Source: Oikopleura dioica
Lineage: Eukaryota > Animalia > Chordata
Direction: 5' to 3'
Assembly: GCA_907165135.1 (NCBI GenBank)
Contig: OU015566.1
Span: 8,122,001 to 8,186,000 of the forward strand
DNA: 64,000 nucleotides
Shown here: positions 1 to 12,094 of the stretch, one piece after another
Layout of the letters: every line of letters begins with the position of its first letter
Numbering within the stretch: position 1 is the stretch's first letter
The notes under the pieces: generated by a model
Seen by the model: the letters and a program-made list of their open reading frames with translations, nothing else
The model's database searches: none
What the model was told of the DNA's origin: nothing
Translations under genes and position numbers: made by a program

Positions 1-23
1 GTCTACATTAACTCCCTGCTAGA

Positions 24-1237
24 ATTCTTCATCGGCTATTACTACCCTGGACAAATACAGGACTTGGCTACAGACAGTCCTCCCTCTGAATAAATTATAC
101 TAGAGAAAAAGGCTGAAAAAGCGAATAGCCCAGCCTAAGCGACTTCTTGAAAAATCAACAAATCGCGCGCTAGAATTAGAAGAATCCCTCCTTTGGCGAC
201 CAAAGCAGATCGATTGCGAGAAACTGTCGGAGAAAGAAATTCTCAAAGAACTGAAGGGAGAGGTGCGACAAGAGGACGGGCCGTGGTTGTTGAAGATGAT
301 CTGTAGCATCAAGAAATTCCAGCGGCTGAGGCATGAAATTGAAATGAAACGCGCAACGAGGGTGACTAGGGAGCTACACCGTGACCATTTAGAGCATCTC
401 TACGAATTGATAAAGGAGGAGAAGATCAATGTTGGACTTGATAAGGAGGTTAGTTATTTGATATATCGTTTTGATACAATAAAATTGGATTGTTGGTAAG
501 CGGTATTTTATTAACAGAGGATATAATTATGCAGATGACAGGATGTTTCAGATTCTAAGCATAAAGGGTGAAGACATTTCATACTGAAATGATAATTTTG
601 ATGCATTTTGGCGATTCATTCCTATTTATCTGAAAATCGCACTCTATTGCCGATATAAAAATATCATAAATGATCTTTATCTCGCTACTCGCAATCTAAC
701 CACCAATCTAACCAACTGTTTCAGGAGGATAAACTCGAAGATTCAAAAGAAAAGCCCGACTGGGTCTCGATTGGCTTCCAAGGATCCGATCCGATCACAG
801 ATTTCCGCGGCGGTGGATTGCTCTCCCTCTCACAGCTCATTTACTTCTGCGAGAATTACCAAGAGAAAGCGAAAAATTTGAATCTTCGTGCGTCTCATCC
901 GACGAAAGGATATGGCCTGGCAATTACTGGAATAAATCTGACTGTATTGCTCACGAAGGCTCTTCAAGCAGGCGCCTTGAAAAAGGTAGGTTCAAGTTCT
1001 TTGAAATTCCATATTCAATTTCTCTTTCAGTATTTCTACAACACTACAATCTGCGAAGAACAGTTCAACATCGTCTTTTCCGAATGCATTCTTTACTTCG
1101 ATTTTCTCTGGAAACGCGAGGATCCCGAAGACATCATGCAATTTTCATTTATTTTCGACATTTTCCGCGCTGATTTTGAAAAAGCCGTCAAAAACGGAGA
1201 CATTCCTTCTATTCCTTCTTCAACATCGCCCAGTTAA
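24..1237 (+). CDS. ELMO domain-containing protein (ELMOD1/2-like ARF/ARL GAP), 5'-partial
   Basis: Exons about 24-60, 104-448, 725-985 and 1031-1237. Translation contains WVSIGFQGSDPITDFRGGGLLSL...GYGLAITGINLT...WKREDPEDIMQF, the ELMO-domain signature. Confidence 0.88.
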
Positions 1238-1309
1238 CTTAGCTTATCTTCTGTAATTTGCATGTCACTCTAGCCCACTGTAATGAATCTCTAAGGAAAT
1301 CTATTTCAG

Positions 1310-3998
1310 ATGGAATATGATACGAGGAAAGGGACAATTTATCGAAATAGAAGTCGGTTGAGGCAGGAACTCAACGAAAGAGCCCAAAATGTTCACTCTC
1401 CAAATAATAGAATCTCCATGTTTGGCCCTAAAGAACACTGTATCCCCCGTAAGTCGCTTTTATAATCATTAATTCTCATCGTCTCTTTAGGTCATCTCGC
1501 CGAAACTGACCAAGAAACTCAATCACAACGAATTTCCAACATGATTTCAAGCCATTTATCCCTCTCAACTCAGAATCTATCAAATGTTGGCCAAGCCGTT
1601 GGTCAGCGAACCAAGCAAGTTTCAAAGGTCGCCGCAAAGAAAACAAAAGAAGCCTCAAAAGTGGTGAAGCACTACGCAAAGGCTGGCTGGAAAGTTGGCA
1701 AGACAGAGGCTCTCCAAGCTGCTTCTGACATAAGAACTGCCGCGACTGAAGTTGGGAACAATGTGAGAGAGCATTTGAGCTCCAGATCATCTTCTAGCGA
1801 TGAAAGCCAAAGAAGATCGAATAGACGATCCATGCCTGTTATGATGGTTAACGCAGTGCCTGTGTCAGAACATCCAGCGTTTTCTGAAGGGCACAAACTC
1901 GCCAATGTCCCAGGCATGCATCCACCATCATACGAACAAGCCCTCAAAGATCCGAAAGAGCCCCCTTCTTATGCTCGTCCACCGCCTTCAGATGCTTCTG
2001 GCCCGTATGGAATTGTAGAGAGAATTCCTTATCCCGACTTTGACTCGAGCATTTACGACATTGGTGGAGTAATGGAAGAATCTGGGCCTCCACCAGAAGT
2101 TCCGAAGCGCAAGCAAAAAAATGCGAAACGCGCCAAATCTATCAAAGAAAACATTCCAATCGACGATGATATTAAGCGTCTGAGCTTGACAAGTTGCTCT
2201 GATCACACTGATCCGGGCATAGTGTCGACTAGCAAGTTGATATCTTCCTCAAAAAAGTTAGATGATCAATTTGTTGAAATATCGATGCCATCGATGCTGA
2301 CTAGTGCCTTTTCCAATGAAAACACAGCGTCCAGTTGCAATGAGTTGAATTCAAAGACCTCCTCATTTGATGAGAGCTTCATCAAAGCTGTTAACAGCAG
2401 CCGTTCTTTACCTCCAAGGCCGGATTTAGATGCTCCGCAAGTTGATTCTCCCCTGCCGCCGCCAAGACCATCACTAATGAAGGAACACTTTCCTGTGAGA
2501 AAAGTCCTGCAAGCTCAAGGTAGTGCAAAAATTAATACTTTTTTTTCTCACTAAATTCAGAGCCAAATTTCTGCACCCAGCGTTGTACGGAAGTAGAATT
2601 TCCAAGAATAATGGACAACAGCATGGAAATCAAGATCGAGTACGATTCTGAGCTCCAAGAAGACTCCGCCGCCGAATGTGATCTTCATCGATCCAAGAGC
2701 ATGAGAGATCAGCTTTACGATATTGAAGCCTAGGTCTAGGATGGGGGGGTGATCGTTGGAGATCCGAAATGAGGCGCTCGAGATGAATCACCGATGAGTG
2801 GAGCGCGGGTTGTTTGGATCTCCAGCGCGCGGAGATCGAAGCTCGATCTCCAAATGAATCCCAGGGATTTTGTCGATCTCCAGTTTTCGGTGATCGAAGC
2901 TCTGAATTTTCTCGAGCATGGATTTTTCTCGATTAAATTCATATTTTGCAGGTACTTTGCGAGTCAGTATCTCAGAAAATAATAGTTTCTAATGCTAATC
3001 TTCAAGAAATTATCGCTCACCCACCGAGCTGAGTCTTTGGAAATTGAAACCGAACCAATTTTAAAATTATGTGATTTCAAATGTTCAAAAATTTTGAAAA
3101 CCATCTTTTTGAGAAAAATACTCGAGCAGAGATAGTAAATAGTACATTTTTTATCCAAAATTACAATCCATGCACTTGATTTGACAAAAGATTTGAAATC
3201 TACACTGGAGAATAAGTATTTCTGAGATTTTTAAGTTGATCCGGTTAGTCGCTTCTGATATCAGTAGGCTGGCAGAAGATTGTCTGAAAGTGACTCATCC
3301 GACTTCGGGGATTAAAAATTTTTGGATCTCCAAGAAGTGGAGATCGAGAGTGGTGATCGATCACCGCAATTTCGGGGTGGAGATCGCGCGGATCTCCACG
3401 CAATCGGAGATCCAAACAACCCGCGCACCACTCATTTGTGATTCCTCTCGAGCGCCTCATTTCGGATCTCCAACGATCACCCCCGATCCTAGACCTAGAT
3501 TGAAGCAGATATCGACAACTTGCTCCTATCGTAAGTTCTAGTGCTTGCTCATGTTTTTTATGCTTTATTTGTAGGGAAGATGACGAGAAAGATGATTTTA
3601 TTACCTCCAGAGAAGCTAGAAAGTCTGTAAAATCATTAGAAGATGAATTTCTTAGAACATACAAGTAAGAAAGCCCGCGAATCGAAATTCTAATACTGAT
3701 TTTTTGTTGTTAGATTTCCAAGTCTTTATCGGGTTGTGGAGAATTTCGACTTTGGCGGAGATGATTACTTGAAGCTCTATAAAGGCAACTTTATCATTGT
3801 GAAATCAATATCAGAAGAGCACTCAATTAATGGTCAAATCTTCTTCAATGGAGAAAATTCAAGTAAGACAATATTCGCGAACATGAAATTTAATGATTCA
3901 TAGATACGAGAGAAAGCGGCGTGTTCCCTTCTGAATTCGTGAAAAAGGTCAAAATTCGAGCATCTACGAGTGATTCCGAAGCTGCCGACTGGATATAA
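1310..3998 (+). CDS. Proline-rich adaptor with a C-terminal SH3 domain, interrupted by a MITE
   Basis: Exons 1310-1448, 1491-2519, 2561-~2727, 3499-3530, 3575-3664, 3714-3862 and 3904-3998 join in frame. The C-terminus YRVVENFDFGGDDYLKLYKGNFIIV...SGVFPSEFVKKV fits the SH3 pattern. PPSY and PPRP motifs lie upstream. Confidence 0.75.
2730..3498. mobile_element. Non-autonomous DNA transposon (MITE), 769 bp, hAT-like 8-bp TSD
   Basis: Imperfect terminal inverted repeats at 2730-2823 and 3406-3498 (ctaggtctaggat...gttgtttggatctcc). Direct repeat attgaagc at 2722-2729 and 3499-3506. Many subterminal ggagatc/gatctcc motifs; no transposase ORF. Confidence 0.93.
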
Positions 3999-4340
3999 AA
4001 CTCTTTTTATTAATTATCAATCGCATATTCTTATCAATGTATGAAAAAGCTGTTTTTTGGTGATAAACTGTATATTTTTTTTTGCTTCTGTTCGTTCTAT
4101 ACCTAATTATTGCCTTTTCTATCAAAACAAAAGTATACCTCCTCTTCTTCCAAAACTCGCTCAAAAACCGTTACCAACAGATTCATTGTGAAATTCTGAC
4201 GAAATTCTAATAAAAAATGTTCACTCGTTTTCTCCTTCAAATCTGCCTTAGATTCTTCCAACGCAGATTTTTATTTTAAAAAATTGAAAATTTATTTTGT
4301 TCACACAGAAGAAAGCAGGTCAATTTTGTTGATTTTAGGC

Positions 4341-4804
4341 TTAGATTCCTTCTCTTGGCCATTTGAGCTTTGCAACAATGTCGCCTTTGGTGTGGTTCTT
4401 GTCGTTTGTGAACTTGAATTTTTCCAAATTGTAACGGGGGTCAGTCGATCGCCAGCCGATAAGTCCTAGAAATCGTCTTTTTTCTCGTAAATTCGTGTTC
4501 ATTTTCACCTGAATCCGTGAGAGGAACTTTTGGATGTGGCTTTTTCTTTGGCTTGGGCGCTTCTTTGACCTCTTCTTTTGGCTTTTCGTTGATGAAATCT
4601 TTCTCTTGGCCGACATTTTTCAGCTTCTCCTCCATCTATTCGTGTTAAGTTAACTATATTTTATCATTAAGTAATTACCTCGTGGATTTCGTCCAAGATG
4701 TAACCATGCTTATTCTTCCAATTCTTCTGCGCGAACTTTTCTTTCTTGACGTGGTCCTTGAAGATTTCCTCCATCCAGAGAGCATTTTCTTGAAAGACAT
4801 TCAT
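4341..4804 (-). CDS. CIMIP1: Ciliary microtubule inner protein, C20orf85/CIMIP1-like
   Basis: Three exons give MNVFQENALWMEEIFKDHVKKEKFAQKNWKNKHGYI...VPLTDSGLIGWRSTDPRYNLEKF...KGDIVAKLKWPREGI, matching the family's IGWRS and WP.EG motifs. Confidence 0.75.
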
Positions 4805-5067
4805 TGCTTGTGGACTTGGTTAGGAAGCGGTAAAAACTGATAAGCTTGGTCTTTGTTTATCAAAACTCGTAAACGCTTCTAGAGAAAAAATATCACTTTT
4901 GATCATTGATCAAATGACTGGTAAAACGAGGAATTCTTATAATCCTAAATTTCAAAGCTGCACGCGCGCTTTCGAAATCGTAAAAGGCCGATCTAACGAG
5001 TTTTGAGTAGCTAGCATGTTTACTCCTCATAACCGGTGATGACCGTTCATTATCCGACAGCATAATA

Positions 5068-7264
5068 ATGAATTCGCGGCTTTTGCTTTTTGTTTTCACC
5101 GCGATCGCAAGTACGGAAATCAAGGAAGAGGTGAAAGAGCTGCTCAAAGATAGTACCGTTGTAAATACACTTGTTGACATCCTCGATTACAAATTGAACA
5201 AGAAAACAGAAGAGCTTCAGAAGAAAACTGCCGTAGAGAAAGCTATCGGGCAGAAAATTGTTGGGAACGAATGGAAAGAAGTCAACGCGGATTCTGATGA
5301 AAGCTGTGCAACTATCTGTACGTTTTATGAAAAATGTGTTGGGTACAATTATCTCAATGCGGACAAGCTGTGTTCGCTTTTTGATTCGGTCGAAAAACTA
5401 CAGCCTGAAGAAACAGTAATATGCGGCCAGATTCGAAGATCGTTTGTTCTTGCGAGAATTCCTGCGAGTCCAAATGATACAGCTCCTCCTTCAGCAGCGG
5501 ACGCGTATGATTTGAAAATGGTTAAAAGTGCAGTTGCGAAACACATTCATGTTTGCCAGAAAAAGTTCGAATTTCTTACGAAAAAATTGAAAGTGACTAG
5601 AGATAGCCTTGGTGGAAAAATTCGATCGCTTGAAATTGATACTTCGAAGGCAAAGTGCTTGAAGGGAGGAAGACCGTCCGCCTGCGATAATTTTGCGAAA
5701 AGGATTGAGGAAAGGAACAACGATATTTACAACGCAGGTAAACGAGTGATGAAAACCACTTATTTTCATGAATTATTTTTTATTTACTTGCAGAACATAA
5801 TTTGGCTAGTAGCCTCTCTCTACTGAATGATAGGCAATATTGCATTTTGCTTCATTTTGTAGCGATAAAAATAGCTTATCAAAAGCGATGGTGCGGAGAC
5901 TCAATTTTGTATGGAAAGCATTTTATCAATATTCTTTTGATACTGTGAAAACTCTTTCGTGGCTTTTATGAGAAAACGATCCAAAGGAGGGCGTGATGAG
6001 ACGCTCAGCGGGGGATTTGAAATCTCCTAATCTTATCATCGCTCTGAATCTTTGGTATCTCAAGAAAATCTATCTTTAGTTCTGACATACGTGGAGGAAC
6101 AAAATGCGATCAAGCAGCTTCAGGAAGGAATGGACACTCGTCTCACGGAAATGGGTCATTTTCTTGCTACCTATCAACCAGTTACTGTCGCAGAGCCTGC
6201 CCAGGTATTCTTTCGCTCTTTCATGCAATTAGCACATTTTAAAGGACCTAATCGGATCAGTCCTCATGCAGACGAAGGAAATGCAAAACAACGTCAGAAT
6301 CGAGCTAGAGTCAAAAATCGAGCGCAACGATGCTGAAATGCGCCGGAATCAAGGAGCTATTCGTAATTTACGCGCGAAAATTGACAATCTTCCGCTCGTA
6401 GCGGATCAGCCTTCGGAAATTGTCATGAACGAATTGGACGTGAGCCGAGTTTTCTGAACACTGAAATCATAAACGACGAAAAATCGTTGTTAGAAAACTC
6501 TTGAAAGACTCAACGAAACGATAATCTCTTGCCAAGCTTCTGTCGATTCGATAAAATCAGAATTCAATTCGACAAAAATCAACGAAGATATCTCCGCCGC
6601 CCATAAACTAGCGCAGGGAGCATGGAACCGCGCTAGAAAAGTGGATAACTTCTCCAAACGACTCAATGCCACGATATTTTCGATGCAAGAGATGGATTTC
6701 AGAAGTCAAACGCCGGATAATCAAGCGCCAGTTCGACGTGACATTTCAAATTTGAGAATCGAAGAAATGACGGAGGAAATAGAAGGGATCATTGATCGAC
6801 TGACCAGGCTCGAAGGCGATTTGGCGGAGACGAATTCCTTCGTCTACGATGTTCTTCTGGACGATCTGAATAAGAAAGTGGACGAGCTGGAAAAAGCGAC
6901 GGGAGGAAGAGTTAACGAGTTGGACACACAGGTCACTGGTTTGTATCGGAATAGAAAATAGTGAGTTATACAGTTGTATTCTTCAGAATTCGTCAATAGA
7001 TCGAGTCGAGACATGATGAAGCTTCACGCTTACATGAAGAAGACTGCGGAATCACTGGAAGGAAAAGTCATCTTTTCCAAGAAAACTTTTGATAAATCAA
7101 TGAAAGATCTTATATCAGCCGCAAAGGTGAAGATTAATGAATCTTTTTAGTGAAGAAAATTTTAGGCAAACAAAGAACACTTCAGAAGACTGGAAGAAAA
7201 AGTCAACAGCCATGAAAGCAGTGAACACGTGATTCAAATTGTCGCTAAAGACCTGACTGATTGA
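5068..7264 (+). CDS. Secreted protein with a PAN/apple domain and long coiled coil
   Basis: Signal peptide MNSRLLLFVFTAIAS; CATICTFYEKCVGYNYLNADKLCSLFD is a PAN pattern; downstream exons (about 6080-7264) are heptad-rich. Confidence 0.6.
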
Positions 7265-7542
7265 CTGAAAAACTCTGTAATAAATGCCTTTTCTATTCGT
7301 AATCATTGCTTTTCGCGAAAATGGGAGTTTTCTAAGATTTTGGAAGTTCGCCCCGAGCTCGCGTTTTTATTGGTCACTGCGCGCACGCGTTTCTTTAATT
7401 TTTGAGAATTTTCAAAGCAAGGAATAGAGGATTATCGCCTGATTAAAATCATTTTTCTAGTGATGGATGTTTTCTTCTTCTGAGAATCTTTTCTATCGAT
7501 TCTACTAAAAAATACTTTTTTAGATCGAAAAGAGTATCGGAC

Positions 7543-9341
7543 ATGCCTCTGAACGTACTGTACGAATCTCCTGTAGGCTTTGCCCTCTTCCAGGTTAAAA
7601 ATAATTCAATTATCATCTTTACAATTCATTCTAGGTCTTGGATGAAGGCAAAATCGCCGATGTCTCCGATGTCGAGCAGCTTTTCAAGGACCCTTCCCAG
7701 CTTTCTGGAGTTCTTCAGCTCAAGAAATTCAAGAAGTTCACTGATCAGGTCGAAGCTACTCAAGCTGCTGTTTCTCTCACTGAAGGAAAGGCGCCAAAGA
7801 CTCTGAAAAAGATGTTGAAGAAGCTCGTCAACGAGGATGTCATCGAAACCCTCGCTGTTTCTGACACTAAGGTAGGCGTTTCATTTTTGTTTCATTGGAA
7901 GAATATCCTTTCTAGCTTGGATCGATGATCCGAGAACAAATCGGTCTTGAATGCATCCACTCTCCTGCCATTCACGAGCTCACCCGAGGCATCCGAGAGC
8001 ATTTGGTCGAAATGACCGGAATCCAGGAATCCGAGCGATCCGCCATGGCTTTGGGTTTGGCTCACTCGCTTTCCCGATACAAACTTAAGTTCTCTCCCGA
8101 CAAAGTTGACACCATGATCGTCCAGGTAACTTCCTCTCTCCCTTTCTTCTCCATTAAAATTAAGGCCATCTCTCTTCTTGACGATTTGGACAAGGAATTG
8201 AACAACTACATCATGCGCGTCCGCGAATGGTACGGCTGGCACTTCCCCGAAATGGGCAAGGTCGTCACCGACAACCTCGCCTACGCCAAGACCATCATCA
8301 AGATGCAGTACCGTGTCAACTGCTCCGAGACCGATTTCAGCGACATCCTTCCCGAGGATATCGAAGAACAGGTCAAGGAACTCGCCGAGGTTTCGATGGG
8401 AACAGACATCAGCGAAGATGATTTGGAAAACATTCTTGCTCTTGCTGAGCAGGTCGTCGAGATCACTGCCTACAGAGCCCAGCTGTTCGAATACCTCAAG
8501 GTAATAAACTCCCCGAGAAAAAGTTTCTATCGAGCTCTAGAACCGAATGGCTGCTATCGCGCCAAACCTGACCGTCCTCCTCGGAGAACTCGTCGGAGCC
8601 CGACTCATCGCCCACGCTGGTTCTCTCCTCAACTTGGCCAAGCATCCCGCCTCAACTGTTCAAATTCTCGGAGCTGAAAAGGCTCTCTTCAGAGCATTGA
8701 AGACCAAGCAGGATACTCCCAAGTACGGTCTTATCTACCACGCTAGCATGGTCGGCCAGGCTGCTCCCAAGCACAAAGGTACCCTTTTCGTTCTTTATGA
8801 AAACTTTCTATTCGTTGATAAGGTAAAATCTCCCGAATGTTGGCTGCCAAGGCCGCTTTGGCGATCCGATACGACGCTCTCTGCGAAGGAGACGACGAGA
8901 CCAACGTCGACTTCGCCATTGAAGCCCGCCAGCAGCTCGAGAAACGAGCTAAGGAACTCGAGCTCCGAAAGGCCAAGATCTCCGGCGGTAGAAAGTGAGC
9001 AATTCTTCCTTTTTGGTTTCGTTAATCGTGTTTTAGATCCGCTGGAGGAGACAAGTACAGACATAAGTCGGATGTTGTCACCTACGACGCTGCTGCTGAC
9101 AATACTTTCAAGAGAAAGCAGGAGAAGGTCGAGGAGTCGCCAAAGCCAAAGAAGATGAAGAAGGTAAAGGAAGAAGCGAGCGAGGAAAGTGTTAAGACTG
9201 AACCAGAAACTGAAGACACTCCCAAGAAAGAGAAGAAGGCAAGAAATCTCTTTCATGACATTATAATTACACCATTCGTTTCAGGATAAGAAAAAGAAGA
9301 AGAAGAAGGATAAGGTTAAAGAAGAACCCGAAGAAGAGTAA
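7543..9341 (+). CDS. NOP58: Nucleolar protein 58 (box C/D snoRNP)
   Basis: [73 protein letters not shown] and a KKE/D tail. These are NOP58-type rather than NOP56-type residues. Confidence 0.96.
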
Positions 9342-9566
9342 AAAGCGCTCTTAGCTCCAAAGTCCCCATCCCGAAAAAATCTGAAGACTGCTTGTCTCAT
9401 TCTCCCTGACTTCCAACTCGGCTTGATTTCTGTTATCTTTTCTGTTCAACACTTTAGAAAATTTAGACTGTAAGTCCTTTATTTTGAACAGCAAGTAAAT
9501 AAAGTAAATCGCCGATAAAATCTGTCTAACGCGTTTTATTCTTAAGAATTTTGAATTTGGCGCATC

Positions 9567-10009
9567 ATGGCGTCTCTTATGAACAAGCCAAAAGCCGAGC
9601 TTACTCCAGAGGAGCTCGAGGAACGTGAGAAGCATGAGTTCCAAACCGGGCCCTTGTCGGTTTTGACCGAGTCCGTGCGAAACAACACTCAGGTTCTCAT
9701 CAATTGCCGAAATAACCGAAAGCTCATGGGCCGCGTCAAGGTACCAGTTTTGGCTTCTCAATTGATAAGAAACGGCTTTTCTAGGCTTTTGATCGACACT
9801 GCAACATGGTCCTTGAAAACGTCAAGGAGATGTGGGTCGAGCGACCAAAAACTGCGAAGGGAAAAGGTAATTTTTTATCCTAGTATATTTTAAACTCATT
9901 TATTGAAGGTGGCCAGCCTGTCAACCGAGATCGTTTCATCTCAAAAATGTTCCTTCGAGGAGACTCCGTCATTATCGTCCTCAAGAATCCGCTCGAAGCT
10001 GCCAAGTAA
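9567..10009 (+). CDS. SNRPD2: Small nuclear ribonucleoprotein Sm D2
   Basis: [52 protein letters not shown]...[21 protein letters not shown] after removing two short introns. Confidence 0.97.
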
Positions 10010-10208
10010 ACAAGCGAACATAGATTTTTTCACAAGCTACTGGCCTGTCACACATTTTTCCTGTCGTCTTGCGTTAAATACAAACGTTTCACCGCGGGGT
10101 TGGCGCCCTGTTGCTTTAAATTTCCTTCTCAAGAGCTGCTTACTCCCAAAGCAACTCCTGATAGTTTTATTGTATTTGAAGCAGTTGAAATATGCGCAAT
10201 TAAAATAT

Positions 10209-12094
10209 CTAAAATTCTGATTCTCTCGTCCCTTCTGACTTTTCTTCGGTGTTTTCCTTAGACTCGTCTTCCTTCTTCTCGGCTTTATACGGCTCATCAG
10301 CGTCAACTTTCGCTGTTTCTTGTTTGTATCTGAGGTAGCACGCCAAAGATACACAAGCAATGAAAACGCTCATTCCAGCAAGGACATAATTCATCGTCGC
10401 GTATTCTTCATGATCTTTTTATCGGATTTTATAACCTCAGTTTCGTTTACAAAAGCTTTTATGACGTAAAAAACATGTTTACGGGAAGATAACCGTGAAT
10501 CCGTTCCTAAACAGAATTGAAGCATGACAATATTCATCAGAGCAAATGGTTGGGTCGCCAAAGAAATTGAACCAAATATAAATCTTCAAAGTCGGTGATT
10601 AAATAAACATATTTAACAATTATTACCCGAAAACCGCTGGTGGGAACACAAAATAATATGTTGGCGTCCAGACGACGCTGAAAACACGCCCAAAATTGTG
10701 CAATAGAATCGATCTAAAAAAGTATATGACTAGCAAATAGAGTTCAGAGATGTACATACATGTAGGCAATAAGTTCATTTTGTTGCGCGTGAAAGATGCT
10801 ACTCAAAGACATAAAGAAAGCTCCGATCGCGAAGGAAAGTCCGATTCCAAGTCCGGTCCCTTTGAGTCGACCATATTTTGAAGTGAACATATCTAAATAA
10901 AACACCTAGAAAAATGTCTTGGTACTAGAATTTACCGATCATAAGCCCAGGTAAGATATTAACCGGAAAGAACGCCAGCGCGAGAATACTTTGGAACTCG
11001 TTAATTTGCTCGTTGAATATCTTCGGGTCGGTTTCTTGCGCGACCCATTCAGGCCAACCGCTCCCAAGCCAACTTGTGAATGCTTGACGACGGATGACCA
11101 TCGCCACGTGGCCGACAAGGACAAGAATGTAGTTGAATGTGTTCGCGCAGTCGCCGAAAACCATCTTCAAATACGATGTTTCCGGTTTCGGAGGCGCTTT
11201 GGGTGCCGCTTTAGATTTATCTTTCTCGCCTGAGCAACCCATGCAATTCAAGAGGTACGAGTTCTCCATCAAGCTGAACTCATCATTCGTCTTCGCCATG
11301 GGGACATGATTCGGGGTCCAAACAATAATCTTGATCACCGCGAATGAAAGATACGCGACGAACCATATCCACCAAACAGTGTCAAATTCTAGCCCTAGAT
11401 TGTCCATCATCAAAGTTATTATCCAGCCAACAGATCCAGCAGTTCCGAAAGCGCCAGAAAGAATCTGCATAAGCGTCGCCTTGATCGTAGGGGTCGCAAA
11501 GCATGATTTCAAATTTATGACATGGCTGGCTAAAAATGAGAGTGACCCCCTTAAATCAATTTGACTTACAAAGGCCGCCCATAGCGATAAGAGGCCAAGC
11601 TAGCCAGATAAGAACTTCATTTTCTTCGACAAAGGTCATCGTAACTAGTCCAGCTGCAAATATCGCAGTGGTAATTAATCGTGGAACAAAGAGTCCTATC
11701 TTGTCCGATACGATCCCAATACAAAGATTATAAAGCGACATCATGATACAACTAGTTGTGTAGATATTGTTGAAGAGGGAATTTCGTTCATCACAGTTTA
11801 TGAGAATTATTTCTCCAGTATTTTGATCAATTTCTGTTTCACAATATCTTAATAATAATTAGGACCTCTGTACTGTCAAAAATCTCTCTGAAAACTTTTA
11901 ATTAAGTTGATTTTTTCAATGAAATTTTGAGCCGCAGAGAATCCTAATCTGGTGATTAGTAAATTGACTTACTCTAAGAACATGTCTTTGCTTTTAAAAA
12001 TCGTCGCGATTTGACCCCAAGAAATAAACATTCCACAAAATAAAAAATTCTCTATCGTTTGTAGCACCACGCATAATATATTTCCAATAAACAT
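10209..12094 (-). CDS. SLC43-family (LAT3/LAT4/SLC43A3-like) MFS transporter
   Basis: N-terminal ENFLFCGMFISWGQIATIFKSKDMF followed by a Cys loop, GIVSDKIGLFVPRLI (MFS motif A) and multiple hydrophobic helices over several exons. Confidence 0.72.

Noticed and set aside
2736-3664. ORFs of 62-139 aa over the MITE, including mirror-image peptides on opposite strands
   Set aside because: They arise from the inverted repeats and show no transposase motifs.
7594-9284. Intronic snoRNAs in NOP58, as in vertebrates
   Set aside because: The introns are only about 40-50 nt, too short to host a box C/D snoRNA.
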